A DNA stretch of 64,000 bases from Candidatus Hadarchaeales archaeon. GTDB taxonomy: Archaea; Hadarchaeota; Hadarchaeia; Hadarchaeales; JAWBSP01. Below the pieces are notes generated by a model. That model was given only the letters and a program-made list of their open reading frames with translations, was not told the DNA's origin and ran no database searches. Positions 18,082-26,924 of the stretch are shown in pieces. Positions within the stretch are counted from its first letter, which is position 1, and each line of letters begins with the position of its first letter. The DNA lies in NCBI GenBank assembly GCA_038842485.1, contig JAWBSP010000001.1, positions 1 through 64,000 of the forward strand, in the 5' to 3' direction. The position numbers and the translations under genes were made by a program.

Positions 18082-20087
18082 CTCCTGAGGATGTCCCCTG
18101 ATCCCTTCTCAAGCAGGGAGCGCAGGATCAAGTTGGATTCCACCACAAACCCCACCTCGAGGAGCTCTGGCTTCCTCAGTTTTTGGGAGGTCTCGACAAG
18201 GATTTCAAACATTGCTGTTCTGAGCCTCACCAGCTCCTCCAGCTCCTCGGCTCCCATTCCCCAATGCCTTGAAATTCGGGACAGGAGTTCAGAACCTTCT
18301 AGGCTGACAATGAAGCGATCTTTAAGGTAATCGTACTGAATCAGGTCCCTCAGGGCCAGCCCGGAAGACTTGCGCACCTCCGTTAGCTGTAGCAACCTCC
18401 TCCGCCTGCTTAGGGAACCCTTCTTCCTCACCGGACCTACGCAAACGATGAGGTCGGTTGATTTGAAAGAGTTCTCGGGGATGTGGAGATCATGAACAAT
18501 CCGGTCCAATACATCGGCACTGGAGGAGGCGTGGATGGTTCCAAGCACGGAGTTCCCAACCGCCCCTATTCTCATGGCTTCGAACAATACTTTGGCCTCC
18601 CCTCCACGCACCTCCCCTATGACTAGGACGGACTCCCCCATTCGGAGCACGGTTCTGAGGACATCCTCAGCGGTCAACTCCGTCTGGGAGGTGGAGAGGG
18701 GAGGTTTCGTTCCTAGCGTCTGGATCTTGAAACCCAGTTCCCGCAGGCGGTCGACGGGTAGCTCCGGCGTGTCCTCTACTACCAAGATTCTGGATTTGGG
18801 GTGGAGTTCTGGCAGGAGAGAGCCGAGTAGGGAGGTTTTACCAGATCCCCTGCTACCGGTGATGAGAAGGCAGCAGTGGGCATCCACCGCTAGCGAGAGG
18901 AGAGAGGCTGCCGTTGGGGGGAGGAACCCAACCGCGACGAACTGGGGGAGGGTCCAGGGAGTGGATTTGTGTTTCCTGAAGGAGAAGGCGGTTCCCTCCG
19001 GGCTGAGTGGGCTTCCAACCACGGTGACCCTGGTTCCCTCCCACTCTAGCTCGAGCTCGGGGTCGGCCTCCGAGAAGGGCCTTCCGCTCAAGGCCCTGAA
19101 CTTCGAGACCAACGACTCCGCCACGGCTGGACTGAGGTAGAGGTTGGTGATGCACTCCTCGTAGTGGCGGTGGTAGAGGTGAACGGGTGAAAGCCCCAGA
19201 GGAGCATCCGCGTACAGATCTTGTACCCATGGATCGCTGAGGGGTAGCTCAAGGAGACCCAGCCCCACCGTGTGCCTCAGGAGAATGGAGGTCAGCCTCT
19301 CCTCTTCCTCCTCTTCCAGCTCGATCTCCCCCTCCGCTGCGTACTCTAGAATGAGGGCCTCGATTCTCCTCCTCAATAGCTCTCTGGAGGGAAAGGGATC
19401 CTCTAGGTGAAGGGAGAGGAGGCGCTCTTGGATTTTTCCTAGCAGACAAACCTTTTGGGGAGAAAGCGAGAATTCTGGGGGCATCAGGAAGTAGAGGTGC
19501 TGGAGGTCAGGCAATCGGTATATCCTTACCTCCGTGCCGGAAATTTGGTAGCTCTCCACCAGCTCGCCCTGTGGTGGATTTGGAGAGAGTCTGGCCCCCG
19601 AGAAGGCCCTCAGCAGAGGTGGTTGGATACCAATTCCCTTCGGCGGTAGACACTCCTCCAAGAATCCGCAGATGGAGTCCAGCCTTTCCGACAAAACCTT
19701 TGTGCAAAAGTGATGGTTCTTCCTCCCTCTGGCCTCTTTCAGGGCTAGCAGCGGTTTGGCAGGGATGAGCTCAACTATCTCCAGTAGCTCCTTTCTTATT
19801 TCCTCCCATCTTTCGCAGTTGGCTGGTTTGGCTGTGGCTAGAATCTGGCATTTCTCGAAGGCCTCTGCCAGTTGCTTGAGCCCAGAAAGGGCTTTTCCGG
19901 TGTATATGCCTTCCAGCGGTCCCGGCAGGACGAGTTCTTCCGCGTCGGGGTGCTCCCAGAGGGCTTTCATCATCCCCCTCAGGCACATGTCGGAGGGTTC
20001 AGGAAGGGGACAGAAATTACACTCCTCACAGTCAAACCTGAGGATCTTTCCCAATCCTATCCTGAATACCCTGAAGCTGCAGCTCAT
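18048..20087 (-). CDS. Type II/IV secretion system ATPase (TadA/VirB11-like) with Cys-rich N-terminus
   Basis: Walker A GSRGSGKT, EDTPE, VIGEVRG, GTIHA. ATG at 20087 overlaps the upstream stop (ATGA). Confidence 0.88.
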   Translation of the reverse strand: MSCSFRVFRIGLGKILRFDCEECNFCPLPEPSDMCLRGMMKALWEHPDAEELVLPGPLEGIYTGKALSGLKQLAEAFEKCQILATAKPANCERWEEIRKELLEIVELIPAKPLLALKEARGRKNHHFCTKVLSERLDSICGFLEECLPPKGIGIQPPLLRAFSGARLSPNPPQGELVESYQISGTEVRIYRLPDLQHLYFLMPPEFSLSPQKVCLLGKIQERLLSLHLEDPFPSRELLRRRIEALILEYAAEGEIELEEEEEERLTSILLRHTVGLGLLELPLSDPWVQDLYADAPLGLSPVHLYHRHYEECITNLYLSPAVAESLVSKFRALSGRPFSEADPELELEWEGTRVTVVGSPLSPEGTAFSFRKHKSTPWTLPQFVAVGFLPPTAASLLSLAVDAHCCLLITGSRGSGKTSLLGSLLPELHPKSRILVVEDTPELPVDRLRELGFKIQTLGTKPPLSTSQTELTAEDVLRTVLRMGESVLVIGEVRGGEAKVLFEAMRIGAVGNSVLGTIHASSSADVLDRIVHDLHIPENSFKSTDLIVCVGPVRKKGSLSRRRRLLQLTEVRKSSGLALRDLIQYDYLKDRFIVSLEGSELLSRISRHWGMGAEELEELVRLRTAMFEILVETSQKLRKPELLEVGFVVESNLILRSLLEKGSGDILRRWHHWLLGRVN

Positions 20088-20227
20088 GAGGGATCCGCCA
20101 GCTCGGCTAGGCACAGTTCGAAGGTGCTGATCCTCTTTTCCAAAATCTGAATCCTAAGCTCCAAATTCCTGAGTTCGGTGGCAATCTTCCTTAGCAGCTT
20201 AGCATGTGCTGCAACAATCTCATCCAT
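20084..20227 (-). CDS. 47-aa coiled-coil small protein (not in ORF track)
   Basis: MDEIVAAHAKLLRKIATELRNLELRIQILEKRISTFELCLAELADPS*; overlaps both neighbours (8 nt and ATGA); heptad Leu pattern. Confidence 0.7.
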   Translation of the reverse strand: MDEIVAAHAKLLRKIATELRNLELRIQILEKRISTFELCLAELADPS

Positions 20228-20690
20228 TTCTAACCCTCCTTAGTTCCTGCAAGAGGGAGGAAAGCCGGGCGAGTGCCGTTCTGACCTCCCTCGAGTGGCA
20301 CTTCCGGAGGTCAGGGTGGTTTGCTAGCATGAGCCAAGTTGCCTCGCTCATGGCACCCTCTTGGCGTATCTCCTTCAGAAGCTTTGTGGGATCGAATCTG
20401 GTACTCCTCACTTCCGTGCGTGCAAGCACTTCCTTGAGTCGCAGTAACTCCTCCTTCACCTTTCTCAGGTTGTAGTCGGCTAGCCTGAGCCAGTCCTCCC
20501 TAAGTATCGAGTTACGCGATTGATGGAGATTCTCCAAGAACTTCCAAGCCTCCCTTCTCAAGCGGTGGCGCACCTCCTCGAACTCTTGACCGCCTTCCAT
20601 CTCTTCTAACTCCTGAAGTAGGGCCCTCAGGGGGGAGGAAGCAGTTTTGGGACTGGAAGTCAAAACCTTCTCAATCTTGGTGACGATCAA
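20220..20690 (-). CDS. Hypothetical helical protein in the secretion ATPase operon
   Basis: 156-aa ORF overlapping both neighbours; E/L/R-rich composition like real genes here. Confidence 0.6.
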   Translation of the reverse strand: MIVTKIEKVLTSSPKTASSPLRALLQELEEMEGGQEFEEVRHRLRREAWKFLENLHQSRNSILREDWLRLADYNLRKVKEELLRLKEVLARTEVRSTRFDPTKLLKEIRQEGAMSEATWLMLANHPDLRKCHSREVRTALARLSSLLQELRRVRNG

Positions 20691-20883
20691 GTTCCTTTAG
20701 CCTCCTTTCTATTTCGGGTAGCCTTGGGTGTTTTCTCAGCTTCATCTCCTCCCTCAAGGTTCGGAGGAGGTCGGCCTCGGCGAGGGCGAGCAGTTCAAGT
20801 ATGGACTGTTTGTTAGTCTTCCTCGAGAGCAGAACTAACGCCAGTTGCCAGCTCACCGTCACCGCCAGCAGCGTTTTCCACAC
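20671..20883 (-). CDS. Small hypothetical protein with hydrophobic N-terminus
   Basis: Probable GTG start at 20883 (MWKTLLAV), about 25 nt downstream of TTAAAT on the minus strand. Confidence 0.5.
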   Translation of the reverse strand: MWKTLLAVTVSWQLALVLLSRKTNKQSILELLALAEADLLRTLREEMKLRKHPRLPEIERRLKELDRHQD

Positions 20884-20932
20884 AAGGTTCTTTTTGATGC
20901 GCCCCCATTTAAGGTGGAAAAAATAACCTTGA

Positions 20933-22306
20933 GTGAGACGGGTTCTTTTGGTTTGCGGGCTTGTGCTGTTTCTTCTCCCGGCAAGCCTATCATCGACCAC
21001 TTCAAGTGTATTTAGGATCCGGTGGCAGATACAGCTTCAAAACCCTGGCTACACAGATGCGCAAGATGTGGTTGCGACTATTCTGGTTTTTGATAATCGT
21101 TCGGGCTGGGTTAACCAACAGGTGCTCTGGGAAGATATTCCGGGCGAGGTTTTGCGCAACGCTGACAATAGGATAGCAATTTTTAGGGTTCCTCGGCTTC
21201 GTGCCGGGAGAACGGAGTCCATCAGCTTTGAGCAGTTGGTGAAGGTAGACCGCACGGAACTGGATCTGGATCTCTCGAGAGGCACCTACATACCACCTGA
21301 GTGCCTCTCATTTACCCTCCCGATCGATCATCTCTGGGAGAACCACCCGGACTTGGTTTCCAAGGCTGCGGAGCTGTGCGAGAACGTGGCAACACCTGTG
21401 GAGAAACTGAGGAGGATTTTCGAGTTCGTGAAGGATTATCTGACCTACCGGCCACAGGCGGAGGAGCGTGGAGCCCTCTGGGCATACAGGAACCGGGTTG
21501 GGGACTGCACGGAGTTCACGAATCTGCTGATAGCGCTCTGTAGGCTCTCGGGGATTCCTGCTAAGTTCGTTTCAGCCGTCGGGTATAGCAGGGAAAAAGC
21601 CAACGATCTTTACTCAATGGGCCACGCTTTCGCCTTGGTTTACCTCCCTGGGCTAGAGTGGGTTCCTGTAGATGCCACGTGGTCCTCCCCAAGAGGTGAA
21701 CTCGGAATATCCAGCGAAGACAAGCTGGTGATGCTGGTGAGTGACGGTTGGAACTTACTGAAGGATTCGGGCATCACGGTGCCCAAGGATCGCGTAAACT
21801 ACTCGTATGTGGGCACAGACCCTGGTGTGAGGCTCTTGAGTCAGGCCACCATCTTAAAGGAGGTCGGTCTCGAGGTGAGTTTGGATGCTGCTGGAGAGTT
21901 GAGGGACAGCACTTGGGAGTGGTATGTGACGGTGAGAAATGTGGGATCGGTGACGGTAAACAACTTGAGCGTGAGACTTTCCGCCGACAACGAAATTTTT
22001 GAGATCCCTCCTCCAGTTACCCTCGATGAACTGCCTGGAGGTCACAACAAGGTTTTCACATTGGAGGTGAGAGTGAAGAGGAGTGCGGAGAATCTCCCGG
22101 TGGTGGCGGAGGTGGAGTATGAAACTCCGTATGGGGTCTTTAGTGCTAAGGCGGAGGCCAAGGCCAGTCCCACTCTTTACGAGAGCCCCCTTTCTGGTCT
22201 CGAGAAATACTTCGCGGCAATGAGGAGCTTCCTAGCCGAGCACTCCCTCTTCGTTCTTTTGGTGCTGGTCGGGATGGCGGGGATTCTGCTAGCGCGCCGC
22301 TTTTAA
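20933..22306 (+). CDS. Secreted, membrane-anchored transglutaminase-like protein
   Basis: Signal peptide; Cys-His-Asp triad GDCTEF / HAF / VDAT; CARDB-like Ig domain; C-terminal TM. Confidence 0.82.
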   Translation: MRRVLLVCGLVLFLLPASLSSTTSSVFRIRWQIQLQNPGYTDAQDVVATILVFDNRSGWVNQQVLWEDIPGEVLRNADNRIAIFRVPRLRAGRTESISFEQLVKVDRTELDLDLSRGTYIPPECLSFTLPIDHLWENHPDLVSKAAELCENVATPVEKLRRIFEFVKDYLTYRPQAEERGALWAYRNRVGDCTEFTNLLIALCRLSGIPAKFVSAVGYSREKANDLYSMGHAFALVYLPGLEWVPVDATWSSPRGELGISSEDKLVMLVSDGWNLLKDSGITVPKDRVNYSYVGTDPGVRLLSQATILKEVGLEVSLDAAGELRDSTWEWYVTVRNVGSVTVNNLSVRLSADNEIFEIPPPVTLDELPGGHNKVFTLEVRVKRSAENLPVVAEVEYETPYGVFSAKAEAKASPTLYESPLSGLEKYFAAMRSFLAEHSLFVLLVLVGMAGILLARRF

Positions 22307-22325
22307 TCGGCAGGGGCACAAGTTG

Positions 22326-22937
22326 ATGTACGTCTTCACCGGAACCGTGGTGGGCCTTAGGTTCAAGGAAGGAGTCGTGCTGGCTTCGGATTCTAGGGCG
22401 ACGGCGTACTATTTAGTGCTGAGCAAGAGGCTGAAGAAGATTTTCAGGCTGGGGGATCGGATAGGTGGTGGCTTCACCGGCAGCCCAGGGGATGTTCAGT
22501 CTTTGGTGAGCCTGTTACGTGCCGAGGCTCGCCTCTACCAAGTCACCTACGGCAGACCCATCTCCGTTAGGTCCCTAACGCAGGTGGCCTCTAACTACCT
22601 GTCCGGGAGGAGGATTTTCCCCATGCTGGTCGACGGGATGATAGCAGGTGTCGATGCAGACGGGCCCCATCTATTTTTCATAGATGCCATCGGGGGAAAG
22701 ATAGAGGAAAGCAAGTTTGCAAGCTCAGGCTCTGGAGCGACCGTGGCCTACGGAGTCTTGGAGCGGAGCTACAGGGAGGAGATGAGCAGGGAAGAAGGCG
22801 TCAAGCTGGCTGGGCTCGCCATCAAGACCGCCATCGAGAGAGATGCCGCCACGGGAGATGGACTGGCAATAGCTGTGATCGATGGTGAGGGTTACCGGGA
22901 GCTGTCGGACGAGGAGATTCACAGGTTAGGCATCTGA
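22326..22937 (+). CDS. psmB: Proteasome beta subunit (probably a non-catalytic paralog)
   Basis: GVVLASDSRAT, KKIF, SGSG, AIERDAATGDG. N-terminus is GTVVG rather than TTTVG. Confidence 0.9.
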   Translation: MYVFTGTVVGLRFKEGVVLASDSRATAYYLVLSKRLKKIFRLGDRIGGGFTGSPGDVQSLVSLLRAEARLYQVTYGRPISVRSLTQVASNYLSGRRIFPMLVDGMIAGVDADGPHLFFIDAIGGKIEESKFASSGSGATVAYGVLERSYREEMSREEGVKLAGLAIKTAIERDAATGDGLAIAVIDGEGYRELSDEEIHRLGI

Positions 22938-23019
22938 GGTTCCCAGAGGAGGTATTGGTGTCGCAACCCTAACGCAGGACTTTTCCCCTTTTTAAGGCGG
23001 TTCCGGCCAAACGACCAAG

Positions 23020-23943
23020 ATGGAGTTGAGCAAGCTCGGGATGGGACAGGAGCTTTTGGAGCGTCTGCAGGAGAACGGCTTCACCACCATAGAGAAGCTC
23101 GCCCTTGCCTCCTCGGAAGAGTTGGCGAGGTTACTTTCGCTCAAGTTAACATTCGCAAGACAACTGGTCCAGTCCGCGAGAGAAACCATTGCCTTGAACT
23201 TCAGGACAGCCTTGGAGATTTTTGAGGAGCGCAGCAACATCGAGAGAATTTCCACCGGATCGAAAGCTCTAGACGGAATTCTTGGCGGTGGGGTGGAGGC
23301 AGGGTCTATCACAGAATTCTTTGGTGAGTACGGGTCTGGAAAATCTCAGCTAGTTCACCAGCTCTGTGTCAATGTTCAACTTGGGAAAGAAAAGGGCGGG
23401 CTCTCAAAGAAAGCGATTTTCGTGGACACGGAGGGAACTTTCAGGCCAGAGCGCATCGCTCAGATGGCGGAGGGAGTTGGAGAAGATCCCAAAAGTTTGC
23501 TGGAGGGGATCTTGGTGGTTAGGGCCTACGACACCGACCAGCAGATGCTTCTCGCGAGGAAGCTGGGGGAGGTAGCTGGGCCCGACGTGGGACTGGTGGT
23601 GGTTGACTCGATTACCAATCTCTTCAGAACCGAATATGGGGGAAGGGGGACACTGGCGGAAAGACAGCAGCGGCTCTGTAGACACCTAGCGGACCTCAAG
23701 AGGCTGGCCGATCTCAACCACCTGGCCGTTGTGGTGACTAATCAGGTTTTGGCTAGACCGGAAATCTTTTTTGGAGATCCAACGCAGCCTGTAGGGGGAA
23801 ACGTGCTGGGTCACGCCATCACCCATCGGGTGTATCTCCGCAAGGGAAAGGCCGAGACCCGTACCGCCACGCTTGTTGATAGCCCGAACCTTCCTTGCCG
23901 GAGTGCGAGCTTCAGAATCGTCGACAGGGGCATTTCAGACTAA
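23020..23943 (+). CDS. radA: DNA repair/recombination protein RadA
   Basis: HhH N-terminal domain, GEYGSGKSQ, DTEGTFRPER, LAERQQ, TNQV, GGNVLGH. Confidence 0.93.
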   Translation: MELSKLGMGQELLERLQENGFTTIEKLALASSEELARLLSLKLTFARQLVQSARETIALNFRTALEIFEERSNIERISTGSKALDGILGGGVEAGSITEFFGEYGSGKSQLVHQLCVNVQLGKEKGGLSKKAIFVDTEGTFRPERIAQMAEGVGEDPKSLLEGILVVRAYDTDQQMLLARKLGEVAGPDVGLVVVDSITNLFRTEYGGRGTLAERQQRLCRHLADLKRLADLNHLAVVVTNQVLARPEIFFGDPTQPVGGNVLGHAITHRVYLRKGKAETRTATLVDSPNLPCRSASFRIVDRGISD

Positions 23944-24524
23944 CCTAGGAACACCACCAGCGAGTTGTATATGCAGTGAGAGAGGATCGAGCAGGAGAGT
24001 CCCCTGAAGAGGTAGGCGATTCCCAAAAGTATCCCAGCAACAGTCAGGGGCAGGACGATGGCGGGGTAGGTGCCCGGGTTGGAGAGGTGGAAGAGGCCAA
24101 AGAGCACGGAGGAGGTGAGTACTCCCGCTTTTCTGGATCTGAGGGCGATGGAGAACTCTTCCAGCAGGATTCCCCTGAACAGCCATTCCTCAAGGAAGGC
24201 GAAGAGATTGACGGTCACGAGAAGGAGAGGGATGGGAACTTTCTCTGGTGTGAGGGGGTACTCCTCGGGCTGGAGGATAGGAATCTGCTTCTTCCACAGG
24301 TAGAGGTCGATCTGTTCGGTCAGGAAGAGCAGGGCGGCAGTGAAGGCTGCCGAGAAGATCACCAGCTCCAGCATTCTCCACTTTCTGGTCTCCTTGGCAA
24401 GGGGAATCCAAAAGCTGGGAAGCAGGCGTTCTAGATAGTACGGGCGCTTGGAAACTATCTTCCCTAAGGCCACCCCCAGCAGCACCGCTGGGACAACGAT
24501 TCTGACGGGGAGGAGATAGTCCAA
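23940..24524 (-). CDS. CPBP (Abi/CAAX) intramembrane metalloprotease
   Basis: EEWLFRG, FGLFH, HCIYN. Confidence 0.85.
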   Translation of the reverse strand: MDYLLPVRIVVPAVLLGVALGKIVSKRPYYLERLLPSFWIPLAKETRKWRMLELVIFSAAFTAALLFLTEQIDLYLWKKQIPILQPEEYPLTPEKVPIPLLLVTVNLFAFLEEWLFRGILLEEFSIALRSRKAGVLTSSVLFGLFHLSNPGTYPAIVLPLTVAGILLGIAYLFRGLSCSILSHCIYNSLVVFLG

Positions 24525-24525
24525 G

Positions 24526-24804
24526 CTATTTCACTTTCAGGAGTTCTTGAATGGATTTTATCTCCTCGAGCAGCTTCAGCACGCGCTCGTGGTCGGTTTC
24601 CTTCTCTAGCTGGGAGAGGAGGTTCCGGAGTTTCTCCTTCAGCACCCTTTCGCTCTCGGAAAACTGTTTCTCCCCACAGATGGGGCAGAAGATTTTCCCC
24701 CCCTGCTCAAAGAGGGGGCTCAGGCAGGAGGCACAGTGGAGGGAAAGCATCCTCGCCCCGCCAATTAGCGCCTCGGCAATTTTCTTCACCTTCTCCTTCT
24801 CCAT
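24526..24804 (-). CDS. UPF0148 / autoantigen p27 Zn-ribbon protein
   Basis: GARMLSLHCASCLSPLF...CPIC with a C-terminal coiled coil. Confidence 0.8.
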   Translation of the reverse strand: MEKEKVKKIAEALIGGARMLSLHCASCLSPLFEQGGKIFCPICGEKQFSESERVLKEKLRNLLSQLEKETDHERVLKLLEEIKSIQELLKVK

Positions 24805-24838
24805 CGCTTTAATCTCCAGAACAAATTATTGATTTGAG

Positions 24839-25099
24839 GTGGTCAGTTTGGAGGAGGGGATAAAACAGGTGCTGGAAGTTCTGTCGAGGGTGAGAGGGGA
24901 CACCATGACTCCCCGTGGTGCAAGGGGGCTGGTGGAGCAGGCTATAGGTGCACTCTCCGGTGGGGACCGGGAGCTCGGGGTGGCAACTGCGATAAGCTAT
25001 TTAGATAAGGCGGGTAACCATCCCAACCTTCCCCCCCATATCAGAACCGCCATCTGGAACGCACTCGGCATTCTAGAGGGCCTGAGCAAGAAAGTCTAG
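24839..25099 (+). CDS. UPF0147 family protein
   Basis: DTMTPR...AISYLD...PNLPPHIRTAIW pattern. Confidence 0.78.
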   Translation: MVSLEEGIKQVLEVLSRVRGDTMTPRGARGLVEQAIGALSGGDRELGVATAISYLDKAGNHPNLPPHIRTAIWNALGILEGLSKKV

Positions 25100-25100
25100 C

Positions 25101-25688
25101 TCACTGGACGTTGGCGTGTCTCTTCAGCAGATCTTGCTCGTTCTTTTTGAGCAGGTGCATTAGAGCGGCAATTACCCCATCTAGAAAGACCATGGCTGAA
25201 ATCTCAAAAAGGGTTCCGAGGGGGGCGAGCGAGGCATGCTCCCCAGCCAGCTCTCTCTCAACGTATTCAGAGATAGTTTCGGTTTTAGCTCTTCCTGGCA
25301 GGACGACCACCACATCCGCTAGCCTGCCTAGCCGGGAGTCTGGGAAAGAGGTCACGGCGGCAATCTTCGCCCCCGCACGCTTGGCGATGGAGGCAGCCCC
25401 TACCACCAAGTCGGTTTCCCCAGAACCAGAGACCGCCACTAGCACATCCTCCGGTTGGAGAGAGGGGGTGATGGTTTCTCCCACTACATAAACATTCAAT
25501 CCCAGGTGCATGATTCTCATCGCAAATGCTCTAGCGACCAGCCCTGAGCGCCCGGCCCCTAGTGCGAACACCCTTTTGGCCCTTAGCAAGCACTGGATGA
25601 AACTTTCCACTTGTCCTCTATCTAGCTCACACTTGGTTCTCTCCAAATTAGCCAAGATCTCCTCCATCGCTTTTTGGGTCTCTTCCAA
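25101..25688 (-). CDS. hxlB: 6-phospho-3-hexuloisomerase (RuMP pathway)
   Basis: GAGRSGL, VGETITP, SGSGET, APLGTLFE, RHAN. Confidence 0.93.
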   Translation of the reverse strand: MEETQKAMEEILANLERTKCELDRGQVESFIQCLLRAKRVFALGAGRSGLVARAFAMRIMHLGLNVYVVGETITPSLQPEDVLVAVSGSGETDLVVGAASIAKRAGAKIAAVTSFPDSRLGRLADVVVVLPGRAKTETISEYVERELAGEHASLAPLGTLFEISAMVFLDGVIAALMHLLKKNEQDLLKRHANVQ

Positions 25689-25723
25689 TCCAAATCTAGA
25701 TTAAAACCCCTTTAACCATGTAC

Positions 25724-26293
25724 TTACAGTTCACGTCTGCTAGGCCGGGCGAAGAGGAAATATCTGTCTTTTCCCTGAATTTCCAGCAGGATGCGCTTGG
25801 TCAGGGCTTCCTTCACGTCCAGCCCTTTTACTCTCGCCTCTATGTCCGCGAAGCTGGTGAAGGGGCTCTTCTCCCTCTCCTGAAGGATGGTCTCCATTAG
25901 TTTCTTTCCAACCCCCGGCAGAAGTTCCAGCTGATGGAGCCTAGTGGTGAGGGGACCGGCCTTGTTGAAGAATTCGAGGAACCTGTTCTCGCTCTCCTCA
26001 ATGGTTTTTCTAATGGCATGGGGTAACTCATTTTTGGCCGTTGCCGTCAAGTCTTCGTATCCTACCCGCTGCTTTATTCTGCTGATTTTTTCACGCCTCT
26101 CCCTTCCCAAGTAAACTTTTTCCTGTATCTGGAGGGTCACGTTCTCCATCGGAACCGCCTCCAGCAGGGTGAAGAAGGTGCTCCCCACGATTTGCGCGAT
26201 AGGTTCCCGCAGGTGGATGGGCCTGGGATCAGTGGGGGAACCGTGGGGCAGGAAATCGATGACTATCCCAAAATCCTCATACTTTTTCTGCAT
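25724..26293 (-). CDS. DUF655 nucleic-acid-binding protein
   Basis: FTLLE, RLHQLELLPGVGKK (HhH); usual position after rpo4. Confidence 0.9.
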   Translation of the reverse strand: MQKKYEDFGIVIDFLPHGSPTDPRPIHLREPIAQIVGSTFFTLLEAVPMENVTLQIQEKVYLGRERREKISRIKQRVGYEDLTATAKNELPHAIRKTIEESENRFLEFFNKAGPLTTRLHQLELLPGVGKKLMETILQEREKSPFTSFADIEARVKGLDVKEALTKRILLEIQGKDRYFLFARPSRREL

Positions 26294-26301
26294 CCAAGCG
26301 T

Positions 26302-26637
26302 CTACTCCCTATACTGCTCCAACAACTCCAGAATCTGTGAGGCTAGATTTTCGTCCGGTTTGGTTTTCTCCTTGGCGAAGATCATGTCAAGTTCCGCCTT
26401 TTTTTCAGGCATTAGGTCCACCAGCAGGACCGCTTGGTGGGGGAGAAGTCCCAGCGAGATGAGTTTTTCTAAGAGTTCGGAGGCCTTCTCAGGTTTGAGC
26501 TGGCAGAACTTCTGTCCGTGGTCGTGATCCAATCTTTGCTCGTAGCCCAGTTCCCCCTCTTTTGCTCTCTTGTTCAGAATTTTGAGAGCCTCTGCCATCG
26601 GGATTGGCTTTTCCTGCAGGAGTGCTTTTCCTATCAT
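26302..26637 (-). CDS. rpo4: RNA polymerase subunit Rpo4 (F)
   Basis: ELGYEQR, VDLMP; rpl21e-rpo4-DUF655 synteny. Confidence 0.88.
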   Translation of the reverse strand: MIGKALLQEKPIPMAEALKILNKRAKEGELGYEQRLDHDHGQKFCQLKPEKASELLEKLISLGLLPHQAVLLVDLMPEKKAELDMIFAKEKTKPDENLASQILELLEQYRE

Positions 26638-26924
26638 CCCATCATTCTGAGGTGCTCTGGTCTTGAAATAACCTTCTTCAGCTTTCCTCCCTCCCTCACC
26701 TCCACCACGTAAGCTTTTCCCCTCCTCTCTTTCACCGTGCCAATCCTCCCCTGAAAGCGTGGGTGAGGCATCCCCTTTACCACAGAGGGTTCTAGGATAA
26801 TTGCAACCCTGCTTCCGATGGGGAAAGTCTGGAGGGCCTTGGTAACTGGAATGGCTCCGCGTTTCCTAGGGGGCTTCAGCAGTTTGCTCCTGCTCTTCTT
26901 TCTCAATCCTTTGTGTCTGACCAT
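26634..26924 (-). CDS. rpl21e: 50S ribosomal protein L21e
   Basis: GMPHPRFQGRIG, RPEHL. Confidence 0.96.
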   Translation of the reverse strand: MVRHKGLRKKSRSKLLKPPRKRGAIPVTKALQTFPIGSRVAIILEPSVVKGMPHPRFQGRIGTVKERRGKAYVVEVREGGKLKKVISRPEHLRMMG

